The notes under the pieces: generated by a model
Seen by the model: the letters and a program-made list of their open reading frames with translations, nothing else
The model's database searches: none
Told to the model about the DNA's origin: nothing
Shown: in pieces, positions 29,336-36,435 of the stretch
Position numbering within the stretch: position 1 is the stretch's first letter
Layout of the letters: each line of letters begins with the position of its first letter
Assembly (NCBI GenBank): GCA_963790205.1
Contig: CAWBNQ010000009.1
Location: forward strand, 1 to 36,435
Direction: 5' to 3'
Length of the DNA: 36,435 bases
Origin: Nitrospirota bacterium
Lineage (GTDB): Bacteria; Nitrospirota; UBA9217
Program-made: the position numbers and the translations under genes

Positions 29336-29475
29336 TGCAGTAGATACGCCTGTCCTTTTGGGTGTCACAGGAAATTTTAGGAAAGTATACTCTTTTTTTT
29401 GGGGAGTGAAAAGGTATTTGTTCTGTTCCGGCGTTCGAGAGGAAGGACTCGCAATAGTCAGATACTAGCTGATAG

Positions 29476-30411
29476 TTATCGAAGGATCCCTTTCACGATC
29501 ACATCCACGGCCTCTTCCGGGGACAGGCCGTGCGCCATGAGCGTTTCCATCTGGCGTTTGTCCACGCTGCCGATAGCGGCCTCGTGGGTCACCTTCGCAA
29601 GGGGATTGTTCACCTGCACATAGGGGAATGCCTTTGCAACTGCACGGTCTTTCACGATCTCCATGCAGTCCACGTGGCCGCGAGCGCCCGCGGCATTGCC
29701 CACGGTGATGCCGGTGATCTCTGCGGTGGCATCGTCCTCGACCGCGACCCTCGCCTTGATGAGCCCCCGGGCATTATCGCCGGCAAGCGTGACCTTTTCC
29801 TTGATCTTTACATCGTCGTTCGCATGGCCGAAGACGCGGGCGGTGAGCTCAACCACGGAACCTTCGCCCGCTTCCACGTCGTAATCGATCGCGAGTGTTC
29901 CCACCCTGCCGTTCACGAGCGTGAAGTCAGTATAGTACCTGCCGTTCTTGGCAACGTGCACGACAAGCTTCGGTACGACCTCGATGCCGCCGTACAGGCC
30001 GTGGTAATGGGTCTCTGAATAGCGCATCTCCGCGCCCTCGCCGATATCGACCACGGCGTCCATGAGGTGCCGCACCTTCTCGGCCTTGGGGAATATGCAG
30101 TGGGCGATGATGGATGCCGACGAATTCTTTTCGAGCTTCACGTCCATCTTGATCTTCTGCGTGCCTTTTTTATGGAGCACGCCGAAGCACAGGTGCACCG
30201 GTTTTTGGAGCTTCACGCCTTCGCGGACCACGACCTTGACGCTCACGCCGTTCCGCATCTCCTTCGCCTGCACGTCGATCCCCTCGACCTGGCGGCTGCT
30301 CAGGATGTTGCTTCCGCTCACGGACAGGTGCGCGATGCCCGCGTCGGCGAGCGCGCCCCTGTTGCCGCCCGCCTCTCCGAACGCCTGCATCAGTTCGTCA
30401 AGTTCAGACAT
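29476..30411 (-). CDS. SufB/SufD-family scaffold of a minimal SUF-like system (SmsB-type)
   Basis: PVHLCFG, AHCIFP, ARGHVDCMEIV, AKVTHEAAIGSV; short 311-aa archaeal-type form. Confidence 0.9.
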   Translation of the reverse strand: MSELDELMQAFGEAGGNRGALADAGIAHLSVSGSNILSSRQVEGIDVQAKEMRNGVSVKVVVREGVKLQKPVHLCFGVLHKKGTQKIKMDVKLEKNSSASIIAHCIFPKAEKVRHLMDAVVDIGEGAEMRYSETHYHGLYGGIEVVPKLVVHVAKNGRYYTDFTLVNGRVGTLAIDYDVEAGEGSVVELTARVFGHANDDVKIKEKVTLAGDNARGLIKARVAVEDDATAEITGITVGNAAGARGHVDCMEIVKDRAVAKAFPYVQVNNPLAKVTHEAAIGSVDKRQMETLMAHGLSPEEAVDVIVKGILR

Positions 30412-31126
30412 AATGGCACTCCGCGCCGTTACAGGTCAGGCAATGACGCGCCTTGTAATGCTCGGCAACTTTTTCAGGACTGCCGGAGCAGATGATCTTC
30501 CCGTAGCAGAGCTGTGACGCCCGGTCGGCGATCTTCGCGATCTCCTCCCGATGCGTGATGAGCAGCACGGCGGTCCCGTGTTCTCTAAATGCGGTGATGA
30601 CGTTTATCACGTCCTGGATCGAGAGCATGTCGATGCCGGAGTCGGGCTCATCGAGAACGGCGAGTCGTGGTTTCAGCGCAAGTATAGACGCAAGCTCGAT
30701 CCGCTTACGCTCGCCGCCGCTCAGGGATTTATCCACCATGCGTGCCAGGTAGAGCGCGGGCGTAAGACCGACCAGTTCGAGGTACGGCGCAGGATCTGCG
30801 TCGGCCTGTTTGATGCAAAGATAATCCCTGACGCTCATGCCCTCAAAGCGCACCGGCTCCTGCCAGGCCATGGTGATCCCGAGCCTGGCGCGCTCGTGGA
30901 TGGCGAGCGTATTAATCGTCGCACCGTCAAATCGGAACTCCCCCGCTCGCGGGCGATATCCTTCGCATCCCATGAGAAGATAGGCCAGCGTGCTCTTTCC
31001 CGTGCCATTCGTCCCGAGGAGCGCATGCACCTCCCCGCCCTCGATGAACAGGGACAGTCCCGAAAGGATCGGCGCTGTATCGGGTCCTATCCCAAATACG
31101 AGATTATTTATATCAAGGAGCGGCAT
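30404..31126 (-). CDS. SufC-like ABC ATPase of a minimal SUF-like system (SmsC-type)
   Basis: GTNGTGKST Walker A, AWQEP, LSGGERKRIELA, LDEPDSGID, C-terminal HCLTCNGAECH Cys cluster; overlaps the partner gene. Confidence 0.9.
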   Translation of the reverse strand: MPLLDINNLVFGIGPDTAPILSGLSLFIEGGEVHALLGTNGTGKSTLAYLLMGCEGYRPRAGEFRFDGATINTLAIHERARLGITMAWQEPVRFEGMSVRDYLCIKQADADPAPYLELVGLTPALYLARMVDKSLSGGERKRIELASILALKPRLAVLDEPDSGIDMLSIQDVINVITAFREHGTAVLLITHREEIAKIADRASQLCYGKIICSGSPEKVAEHYKARHCLTCNGAECHYV

Positions 31127-31520
31127 AGTTATATTCTAGCAGACATTCGAGAATGGAATTTTGAAACCTTCTGCAACGCCCGAGAAACATGTCTCACGCG
31201 GAGTCGCGGAGGATGCGGAGAAAATTTTAAGGAACATCCTATCCGCGGATAACGTAGCCTGTACTCGTTTATGGCCGCGTTTTCACAAGAGCAGGCTACG
31301 TCAGGCATGCCGCCTCGAGACACTGAAAAACAAAAATCTAAAAGCAGCGCGACCTGCTTCCAAAGGGGAAGCGCTGCAGGATTCGCACACAGCGGGAAGA
31401 AGCAAAAACCGGCTTAGGGGCATGCAAAGACGGCTCAGCGATGAGCCCCCAAAAAAAACAAGGGTCTTGAACATCTGAGGTGATCTGATCCTTTTTTTGT
31501 CTCGAGGTAAGGCAGAAACG

Positions 31521-31554
31521 AAAAAAATCGCCGCACTCTTTTCAGAATGCGGCG
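31521..31554 (-). terminator. Rho-independent terminator after the HesB-like gene
   Basis: Minus strand: CGCCGCATTCT-GAAA-AGAGTGCGGCG followed by ATTTTTTT. Confidence 0.75.
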
Positions 31555-31584
31555 GTCATTGTAATCATCGAAGGTGAGCGGAAC

Positions 31585-31890
31585 TTAGCAGGTGCTGCAC
31601 GAAGAGCCGCAGGAACTCTGCTTCATGCCGGCGAGAACGAAACCCTGACTTTCCACGAAATCGATGTTCGTGTTCATCAGCATGTCGTTGGCCTTTTCCT
31701 CCAAGAAGAGCTTAAGGCCTTGCACCTCGAGGGTCGTATCCCCCCGCAGGGCTGCTTTGGCTATGTCCATAGCCAGAGAGGGGCTTCAGCCGCCGGGGAC
31801 AACGAATATCCGTACCCCGTCTCCCTCAGTCCCTTGTTTTTCCACAACTTCTTTAAACTTTTTTACCGCGCCATCCGTTAAACTTACCAT
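31585..31890 (-). CDS. HesB/IscA-like Fe-S carrier, probable selenoprotein (Sec35 at in-frame TGA 31786-31788)
   Basis: AGGAGG RBS then MVSLTDGAVKKFKEVVEKQGTEGDGVRIFVVPGG(U)SPSLAMDI...IDFVESQGFVL...SSCGSSCSTC. The TGA sits at the conserved GGC cysteine of A-type carriers; the ORF track shows only the downstream 61 aa. Confidence 0.88.
31755..31778 (-). promoter_or_regulatory. Candidate bacterial SECIS hairpin
   Basis: After UGA + 10 nt: UGGCUAU-GGAC-AUAGCCA, a 7-bp stem with a G-starting apical loop 18 nt downstream of UGA. Confidence 0.7.
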
Positions 31891-31946
31891 ACTTCCTCCT
31901 TGCAAAATTCTGAGCACGTGCCGCCTCAGACATATAACTTGTTACT

Positions 31947-31975
31947 ATATTACCAATATATTCAATTGACCGCAA
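31947..31975 (-). promoter_or_regulatory. Sigma70-type promoter candidate of the HesB-like gene
   Basis: Minus strand: TTGCGG, 17 nt (ending TGG), TAATAT, in an AT-rich spacer. Confidence 0.45.
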
Positions 31976-32072
31976 CTGTTTTTTCTGCATTCAGAAAGTT
32001 TTATCCTTCGTCAATGAAAGATATCATTTTGCTCCTAAGCAGCATCCTCATCGGATTTTTTTCGGCAACCTG

Positions 32073-32453
32073 CTAATGCGCGCATCCCCCGTCCTTGCTG
32101 TGGCCGCCGCAGCAGCCCTGGACCGTCAACACGGGAAGGCTTTTATCTTGAACCATCGAAAGATTCTTTCGTATCGTCTCCCCCTGCGAGCGATGCACCG
32201 TGATGCCCATCTGGTTCAGCCTCGTGAGCGCGCCCGCTCCGATCCCGCCGACCACGATCGCGTCAACCTTCTGGTTATCGAGCGCCTTCATCGGGTTGCA
32301 TGCGCCATGCGTGTGGTGCTGGTCTTGATTGTTGATCGACGCAACACCGTTCGTGTCCGTATCGACGACAACAAAGACCGGCGCAGAGCCGAAATGATTG
32401 TACACCATGCTGTCTAACCCATCATCTTTCTGGACCGGAAAACAGATCTTCAT
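32073..32453 (-). CDS. NifB/NifX-family (FeMo-cofactor-binding-like domain) protein
   Basis: MKICFPV...HFGSAPVFVVVD...HGACNP...DAIVVGGIGAGAL; C-terminal CCGGH...CAH; start at ATG 32453 after CAGGAGG. Confidence 0.88.
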   Translation of the reverse strand: MKICFPVQKDDGLDSMVYNHFGSAPVFVVVDTDTNGVASINNQDQHHTHGACNPMKALDNQKVDAIVVGGIGAGALTRLNQMGITVHRSQGETIRKNLSMVQDKSLPVLTVQGCCGGHSKDGGCAH

Positions 32454-32466
32454 AATTTCCTCCTGA

Positions 32467-33279
32467 TCATTTTTTTGCCGAAGGCGGTGTCGGGATGTTC
32501 GTCCCGTGGCATTCGGTGCAATTTTGCTGTGCCGTGATCCCCATGTCCCTTGCGGCGGCCCAATCCGCTTTCGAAATATATTTGCCGTCCTTCCAGGCAT
32601 TCAGATCCTGAACGAGCTTGTAGGCGACGCTCGCCGCGACCCGCGCGCAACGGTCCTTCCGTTCCGGACTGGAAAGGACATAGCCCGATTCCTTCATCCA
32701 TTTACCGACCGATACATGGCAGAGCGGCGACTGGCTCGTTGTCTGTACGATCCTCGTCTTTTGCTTCGGCTCCTTAGGAGTATACACGGGAAGCGCCGTT
32801 TCGGAATACCATTGCATCATTTCCGAACCGATAAGAGCTCCGTTCTCGCAATCCGGGCCGACGATCCGAGGTCCGATGATCATATTGCTCACAATATTCG
32901 CTCCTGCGTTCGAACCGCAGATCGTCCCCCATCCCGCCGTCCCGCCCTCAAGGAAAACGAATGCATCAATCGGGAATGACGTATAGGGCTCGCCCACTTT
33001 GTCCCGAAGCTGGCTAAATACGCTGCTGATGACCGCGGCGCCGCAGAAGACACGATACCATTCGTTATACGCTATCTTCGCTGTCTTTTCGGGGTCCAGC
33101 TTCACATACGGCCACGGCCATTTCTCGGTCGATCCGCCGACAGCTTCGGCTTTGGCTGTAAACCCGGGGACCACGGATGCCAGAGCCGTGAAGCCTGCGA
33201 CGCCGATGGCGCATTTCCCCGCATTGATGAGAAGATTTCTTCTGGTCAACCCGCTTTCAGAAAGCTTTTCGTTTTCCAT
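32467..33279 (-). CDS. C-GCAxxG-C-C family protein, split-Soret cytochrome c-like, Tat signal
   Basis: TRRNLL twin-arginine signal, FCGAAV, GGTAGWGTICGS, SPLCHVSV, RKDRCARV, C-terminal CTECH heme-c motif. Confidence 0.82.
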   Translation of the reverse strand: MENEKLSESGLTRRNLLINAGKCAIGVAGFTALASVVPGFTAKAEAVGGSTEKWPWPYVKLDPEKTAKIAYNEWYRVFCGAAVISSVFSQLRDKVGEPYTSFPIDAFVFLEGGTAGWGTICGSNAGANIVSNMIIGPRIVGPDCENGALIGSEMMQWYSETALPVYTPKEPKQKTRIVQTTSQSPLCHVSVGKWMKESGYVLSSPERKDRCARVAASVAYKLVQDLNAWKDGKYISKADWAAARDMGITAQQNCTECHGTNIPTPPSAKK

Positions 33280-33348
33280 AAGTTCATCCTTGGTTGCAGA
33301 TACGTGATGTAAAAAATCCGCAGAGCGATCCTTTTCTGTCGCCCCTAT

Positions 33349-33849
33349 TCAGTTCATAACTGCATCAGCTGCAGTGTCCACAATCTTGTAACTGACCCTT
33401 ACATCCATGTCTTTTCTCAGCGAGTTATAGACCGAGCAGTATTTTTCGTGCGACAAGGACACGGCGCGGGCGACCCTCTTGGGATTCAGGTTTTTCCCTT
33501 TCAGATGCAGGACCAGGTCAACTATTTTAAAATATTGCGGCGGAGTCGGATTCCGCTCGCCGACAATGTCCACTTTGAAGCTCTCCAGTTCCATCTTCAT
33601 CTTCTGCAGGAACATGACCACGTCAATTCCCATGCACCCGGCAAGACTCAAGAGAAGGCCGTCCGTCGGCTTGCAGCCCCACTGGACATGGGCGTCAAAC
33701 TCCATTTCATATCCCTCCTGGGTCCTGCCGACGAATATGAGTTCCTTGTCCCAGGTCAATGTTGCTTTGGACACATGGTTGATTTTTTGTTTATATCCTG
33801 TTAAGGACCCTTCCAGTTCTTCCTTCTCACTCTCAGGCATACTCCCCAT
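33349..33849 (-). CDS. OsmC/YhfA-family protein
   Basis: KPTDGLLLSLAGCMGIDV...SHEKYCSVYNSL two-Cys pattern. Confidence 0.88.
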   Translation of the reverse strand: MGSMPESEKEELEGSLTGYKQKINHVSKATLTWDKELIFVGRTQEGYEMEFDAHVQWGCKPTDGLLLSLAGCMGIDVVMFLQKMKMELESFKVDIVGERNPTPPQYFKIVDLVLHLKGKNLNPKRVARAVSLSHEKYCSVYNSLRKDMDVRVSYKIVDTAADAVMN

Positions 33850-33913
33850 CGCTATCGCTCCCTTTTTATCAAGGAAAGGGCCCGCCCCGCTGAGAACGGG
33901 CCTCTTTTATTTT

Positions 33914-34369
33914 CTATCTTCTCCATCCTGCCCATGAGGGAACGCCCGTGCTGTCCCGCAGGACGAGGACACTGTCGCCTTTTTTGCACTCCGCCGCGAT
34001 GATGGCTGGTTTGCCATCGAAGGTTATCCGCGATCCCTTCACGTCGATCTTGTCGCCTTTTTCAATTTTGACGTCCTGCCGCTCGATGTACCATTCCGGG
34101 CCGAGATGAACGGCGATGGTCTCCTTATCTGTCTTCAGCACGAGATGGACACCGGCGTACATCCCCTTCCTCGGCGTTATCTTGTCCACGGACTCAACGA
34201 CGCCTGAAACAGTTTCCACCGTTGCCGGGTTGTACATCCTCTGGTAAGACGAGCCCATGCCCCATCCACCACTCCCGCGCCCGCCTTTCGACGGGCCCGC
34301 AAGGCCGATTGAAGAGACAAAAAAAACTGATAGCGCAAATCCCACGATGACAATTCTTGCCGTTCTCAT
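33914..34369 (-). CDS. Exported OB-fold-like protein, copy 1
   Basis: Signal peptide, Gly-rich GSGGWG, YNPATVETVSG...GVHLVLKT...VHLGPEWY...KGDKI.VKGSR; AGGAGG RBS. Confidence 0.8.
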   Translation of the reverse strand: MRTARIVIVGFALSVFFVSSIGLAGPSKGGRGSGGWGMGSSYQRMYNPATVETVSGVVESVDKITPRKGMYAGVHLVLKTDKETIAVHLGPEWYIERQDVKIEKGDKIDVKGSRITFDGKPAIIAAECKKGDSVLVLRDSTGVPSWAGWRR

Positions 34370-34446
34370 GACTGCCTCCTTTTAGCCGGGATTAATGACG
34401 CGGTCGATCAGCCGACGAACGTTTACGAGCATAGTATGGCACGGCC

Positions 34447-34638
34447 TTACTTGCAGGACTTGCAAGTCGAAATACCAAGCAAGTGGTAGGGTGGGCACCA
34501 TCCGATCAGTCCTGTAGCAAGCGGTATGAGCCCGAGATAACCCCACTTTGTTTCAGGTCCGATAAAAACCAGTGAAAGGATCCCAAGACCAGCTACTATC
34601 CTTATGATTCTTTCAATACCATCGATGTTCTTTTTCAT
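34447..34638 (-). CDS. DUF2892 (YgaP-like) small membrane protein
   Basis: MKKNIDGIERIIRI...GLIPLATGLIGWCPPYHLLGISTC. Confidence 0.9.
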   Translation of the reverse strand: MKKNIDGIERIIRIVAGLGILSLVFIGPETKWGYLGLIPLATGLIGWCPPYHLLGISTCKSCK

Positions 34639-34776
34639 TAGTTCTGTCTCCTTTTGCGTTAGTGTGAAATCTCACGTTCAGTGAATGCATTTTGTTATCG
34701 CTCATCCCCATAATGAGCGAGGTTGTTCAGATACTCGGGAAACACAGACTGGTTGAAGACAGACGCCATAATGTGG

Positions 34777-35145
34777 TTAAAATGTTACATTCTGGCGTTT
34801 CATGAGGAGTTCTCCGAGGTAGGAGCCGGGTTTGACCTCAGCGTTCTTTATCCACTCCGCACCCTCAAGGCCGTACGGCTTCACACAGGATGCGCATATA
34901 TAGAACTTGCAGTCAAAGTCGTTCACCAGGCTTTTCATGAGTTCCGCCACAGGTGAAAATCCCTTCTGCCACGTAACCGATTCAGCAAACCCTTTTTTGG
35001 CGAGATGCACGCCTTCGTTCATCAGGAAGAAATCTATCTTGGCATCGAAGGCCGCCATGTTGGTGGCAAGCTGAAGCGCAGCCGCCGCTCGTTCAATTGC
35101 ATCGTACGAGTGGGTTATGACAAATACGAATTCCTTGTTTTCCAT
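34777..35145 (-). CDS. DsrE/DsrF-like sulfur relay family protein
   Basis: VITHS...ERA...FFLMNEGVHLAKKG...FYICASCV; AAGGAG RBS before ATG 35145. Confidence 0.85.
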   Translation of the reverse strand: MENKEFVFVITHSYDAIERAAAALQLATNMAAFDAKIDFFLMNEGVHLAKKGFAESVTWQKGFSPVAELMKSLVNDFDCKFYICASCVKPYGLEGAEWIKNAEVKPGSYLGELLMKRQNVTF

Positions 35146-35226
35146 CTTCTGCTCCTTATCAGTTTGAAGATTATTAATGTGCGCAGCCGCCGTCATTGCT
35201 GTGGCCCCGCAGCATCCTTGGACCGA

Positions 35227-35502
35227 TTATTCAAATACGATAGCCTGGCCTTTGCTCAGGGCTTTCGCAACCTTTTTCCTCGCAACGGCAAGGATCCTCT
35301 GAATGGTCCCCCGAGACACGCCCATCTTCGCGCCGGCCTCAGCCTGCGTAAGGTCATCAAGGTCACAGAGCTTTAACGCCTCAAGCTCTTCCCGCAGCAG
35401 CGCTATCTGCTCGACCTCGGACATCGGGATGCAAGTGGGCTTGAACGCCTTGCCTTTAAACTTGCATTTACAATTCCTCGGCTTTTTACATCGTGGAGAC
35501 AT
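35227..35502 (-). CDS. DUF134 (UPF0251) HTH DNA-binding protein
   Basis: MSPRCKKPRNC...FKP...EELEALKLCDLDDLTQAEAGAKMGVSRGTIQRIL..ARKKVA.AL. Confidence 0.92.
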   Translation of the reverse strand: MSPRCKKPRNCKCKFKGKAFKPTCIPMSEVEQIALLREELEALKLCDLDDLTQAEAGAKMGVSRGTIQRILAVARKKVAKALSKGQAIVFE

Positions 35503-35520
35503 CTTGCTCCCCCGCCACCA

Positions 35521-35568
35521 TTATGTGCATATGCACATAACAGTAACAGGCACGACGCGTCTTGTCAA
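35521..35568 (-). promoter_or_regulatory. Sigma70 promoter with a perfect 20-bp palindromic operator candidate over the transcription start
   Basis: Minus strand: TTGACA (35568-35563), 17 nt, TACTGT (35545-35540); palindrome TTATGTGCATATGCACATAA at 35521-35540. Confidence 0.8.
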
Positions 35569-35735
35569 GTTTAATTCGGCACGTGTTGGACTTTTCAGCT
35601 GCAGCCCTCAAAATACAATATCGTTCTATTTTGCGTTAGAAATCGCCCATGGCGCGCAGACTGCCTGTGACGCCATTCCCGGGAAAGTCAATGTGCAATA
35701 TGATGCCTAATCCGCCCTCATGCCTGTTTTCCGCT

Positions 35736-35999
35736 TCATCTTCGGGTCAACTCAAGCGCCGCGGTATCTGGGTCATTCGTGTTCATATCGCATGGGTAAC
35801 CCTTTCCCCCGCAGTATCTCGCCAGTCTCTCGATCGTGTCCTTGAATTCCTCTTTCAAGGTCATAAGTTCGCCGGTCCCTGAACAGCCCTTATGCCGCTG
35901 CTTCGCGAGCAGATAGACCTGCGCGTATTCCCTGGCTTCGTCCACCAGGACGGCAAGATGAGTGTCCGATCTTGATGCGTTGATGATAGCGTCGATCAT
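35736..35999 (-). CDS. Hypothetical small helical protein
   Basis: GGGAGA RBS-like element before ATG 35999; co-oriented with neighbours; three Cys; no family recognised. Confidence 0.55.
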   Translation of the reverse strand: MIDAIINASRSDTHLAVLVDEAREYAQVYLLAKQRHKGCSGTGELMTLKEEFKDTIERLARYCGGKGYPCDMNTNDPDTAALELTRR

Positions 36000-36059
36000 A
36001 AGAGGATCTCCCAACAAATCGGCCCCGCCCCGGCTCAGAACGGGGCCGCTTGATTTTAT

Positions 36060-36435
36060 TTACTTCCTCCAGCCCGCCCATGCGGGAATTCCGCTACCGT
36101 CTCTGAGAACGAGGGTGCTGTCGCCCTTCTTGATCTCAGCGGCGATAAGAGCAGGCTTGCTGGCAAAAGTCACCCGCGAGCCCTTCACCCCAATCTTGTC
36201 GCCTTTTTCGAGCTTCATATCCTGACGCTCTATGTACCATTCCGGTCCGACGTGAACCGAGATCGCCTCCTTCTCCGTCTTGAGCACGACGTGAATACCG
36301 GAGTTCATTCCCTTCATGGGCGTAATCTTATCCACCGATTCGATGACACCCGACACGGTCTCCACCGTTGCCGGGTTGTACATCCTGTTATACTGCGACC
36401 CCATGCCCCAGCCGCCGCTGCCGCGCCAGCCCTTC
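36060..36435 (-). CDS. Exported OB-fold-like protein, copy 2 (5' end beyond the window)
   Basis: Close paralogue of 33914..34369 (RMYNPATVETVSGV.ESVDKITP.KGM, GPEWYIERQD.K.EKGDKI, WAGWR). Confidence 0.85.
   Translation of the reverse strand, partial: KGWRGSGGWGMGSQYNRMYNPATVETVSGVIESVDKITPMKGMNSGIHVVLKTEKEAISVHVGPEWYIERQDMKLEKGDKIGVKGSRVTFASKPALIAAEIKKGDSTLVLRDGSGIPAWAGWRK

Noticed and set aside
32073..32453. Nitrogen fixation gene cluster
   Set aside because: Stand-alone NifB/NifX-family domains are widespread in non-diazotrophs; no nifHDK/ENB here
33914..36435. Magnetosome island (the OB-fold-like proteins loosely recall MamS/MamX-type domains)
   Set aside because: No other mam genes and no heme motifs in these proteins; the resemblance is unverified

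Overview
Bacterial chromosomal window, GC-rich in its core genes. Gene content suggests an anaerobe or microaerophile such as Nitrospirota or Desulfobacterota (inference). Left to right: (i) a ~340-bp minus-strand malectin-domain gene fragment joined through garbled sequence to the 3' part of nuoG, probably a chimeric or low-quality contig end; (ii) nuoG'-H-I-J-K-L-M-N plus transketolase; (iii) a PAS-GGDEF diguanylate cyclase, an HD phosphohydrolase and a tandem-USP protein; (iv) a minus-strand run of DUF4912, GH57 branching enzyme, GlcD-like oxidase, L,D-transpeptidase and a degenerate paralogue; (v) an SGNH hydrolase; (vi) an AT-richer integron-like cassette array (~22.0-28.2 kb) with four attC-type sites and no intact integrase. 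An IS1182-family element and a 217-bp MITE with the same ends sit in tandem exactly at the GTT of one attC, each flanked by a GTT duplication; (vii) sixA, a CheY-like regulator, a minimal SUF-like pair (smsCB), an unannotated HesB/IscA-like probable selenoprotein (in-frame UGA plus SECIS-like hairpin), and a DUF134-led redox/sulfur cluster (DsrE, DUF2892, duplicated OB-fold-like protein, OsmC, Tat-signal split-Soret-type cytochrome c, NifB/NifX-like) with a perfect 20-bp palindromic operator candidate. About ten single-base frameshifts in otherwise intact genes look like long-read consensus errors. All family assignments come from motif recognition by eye; no database search was run.
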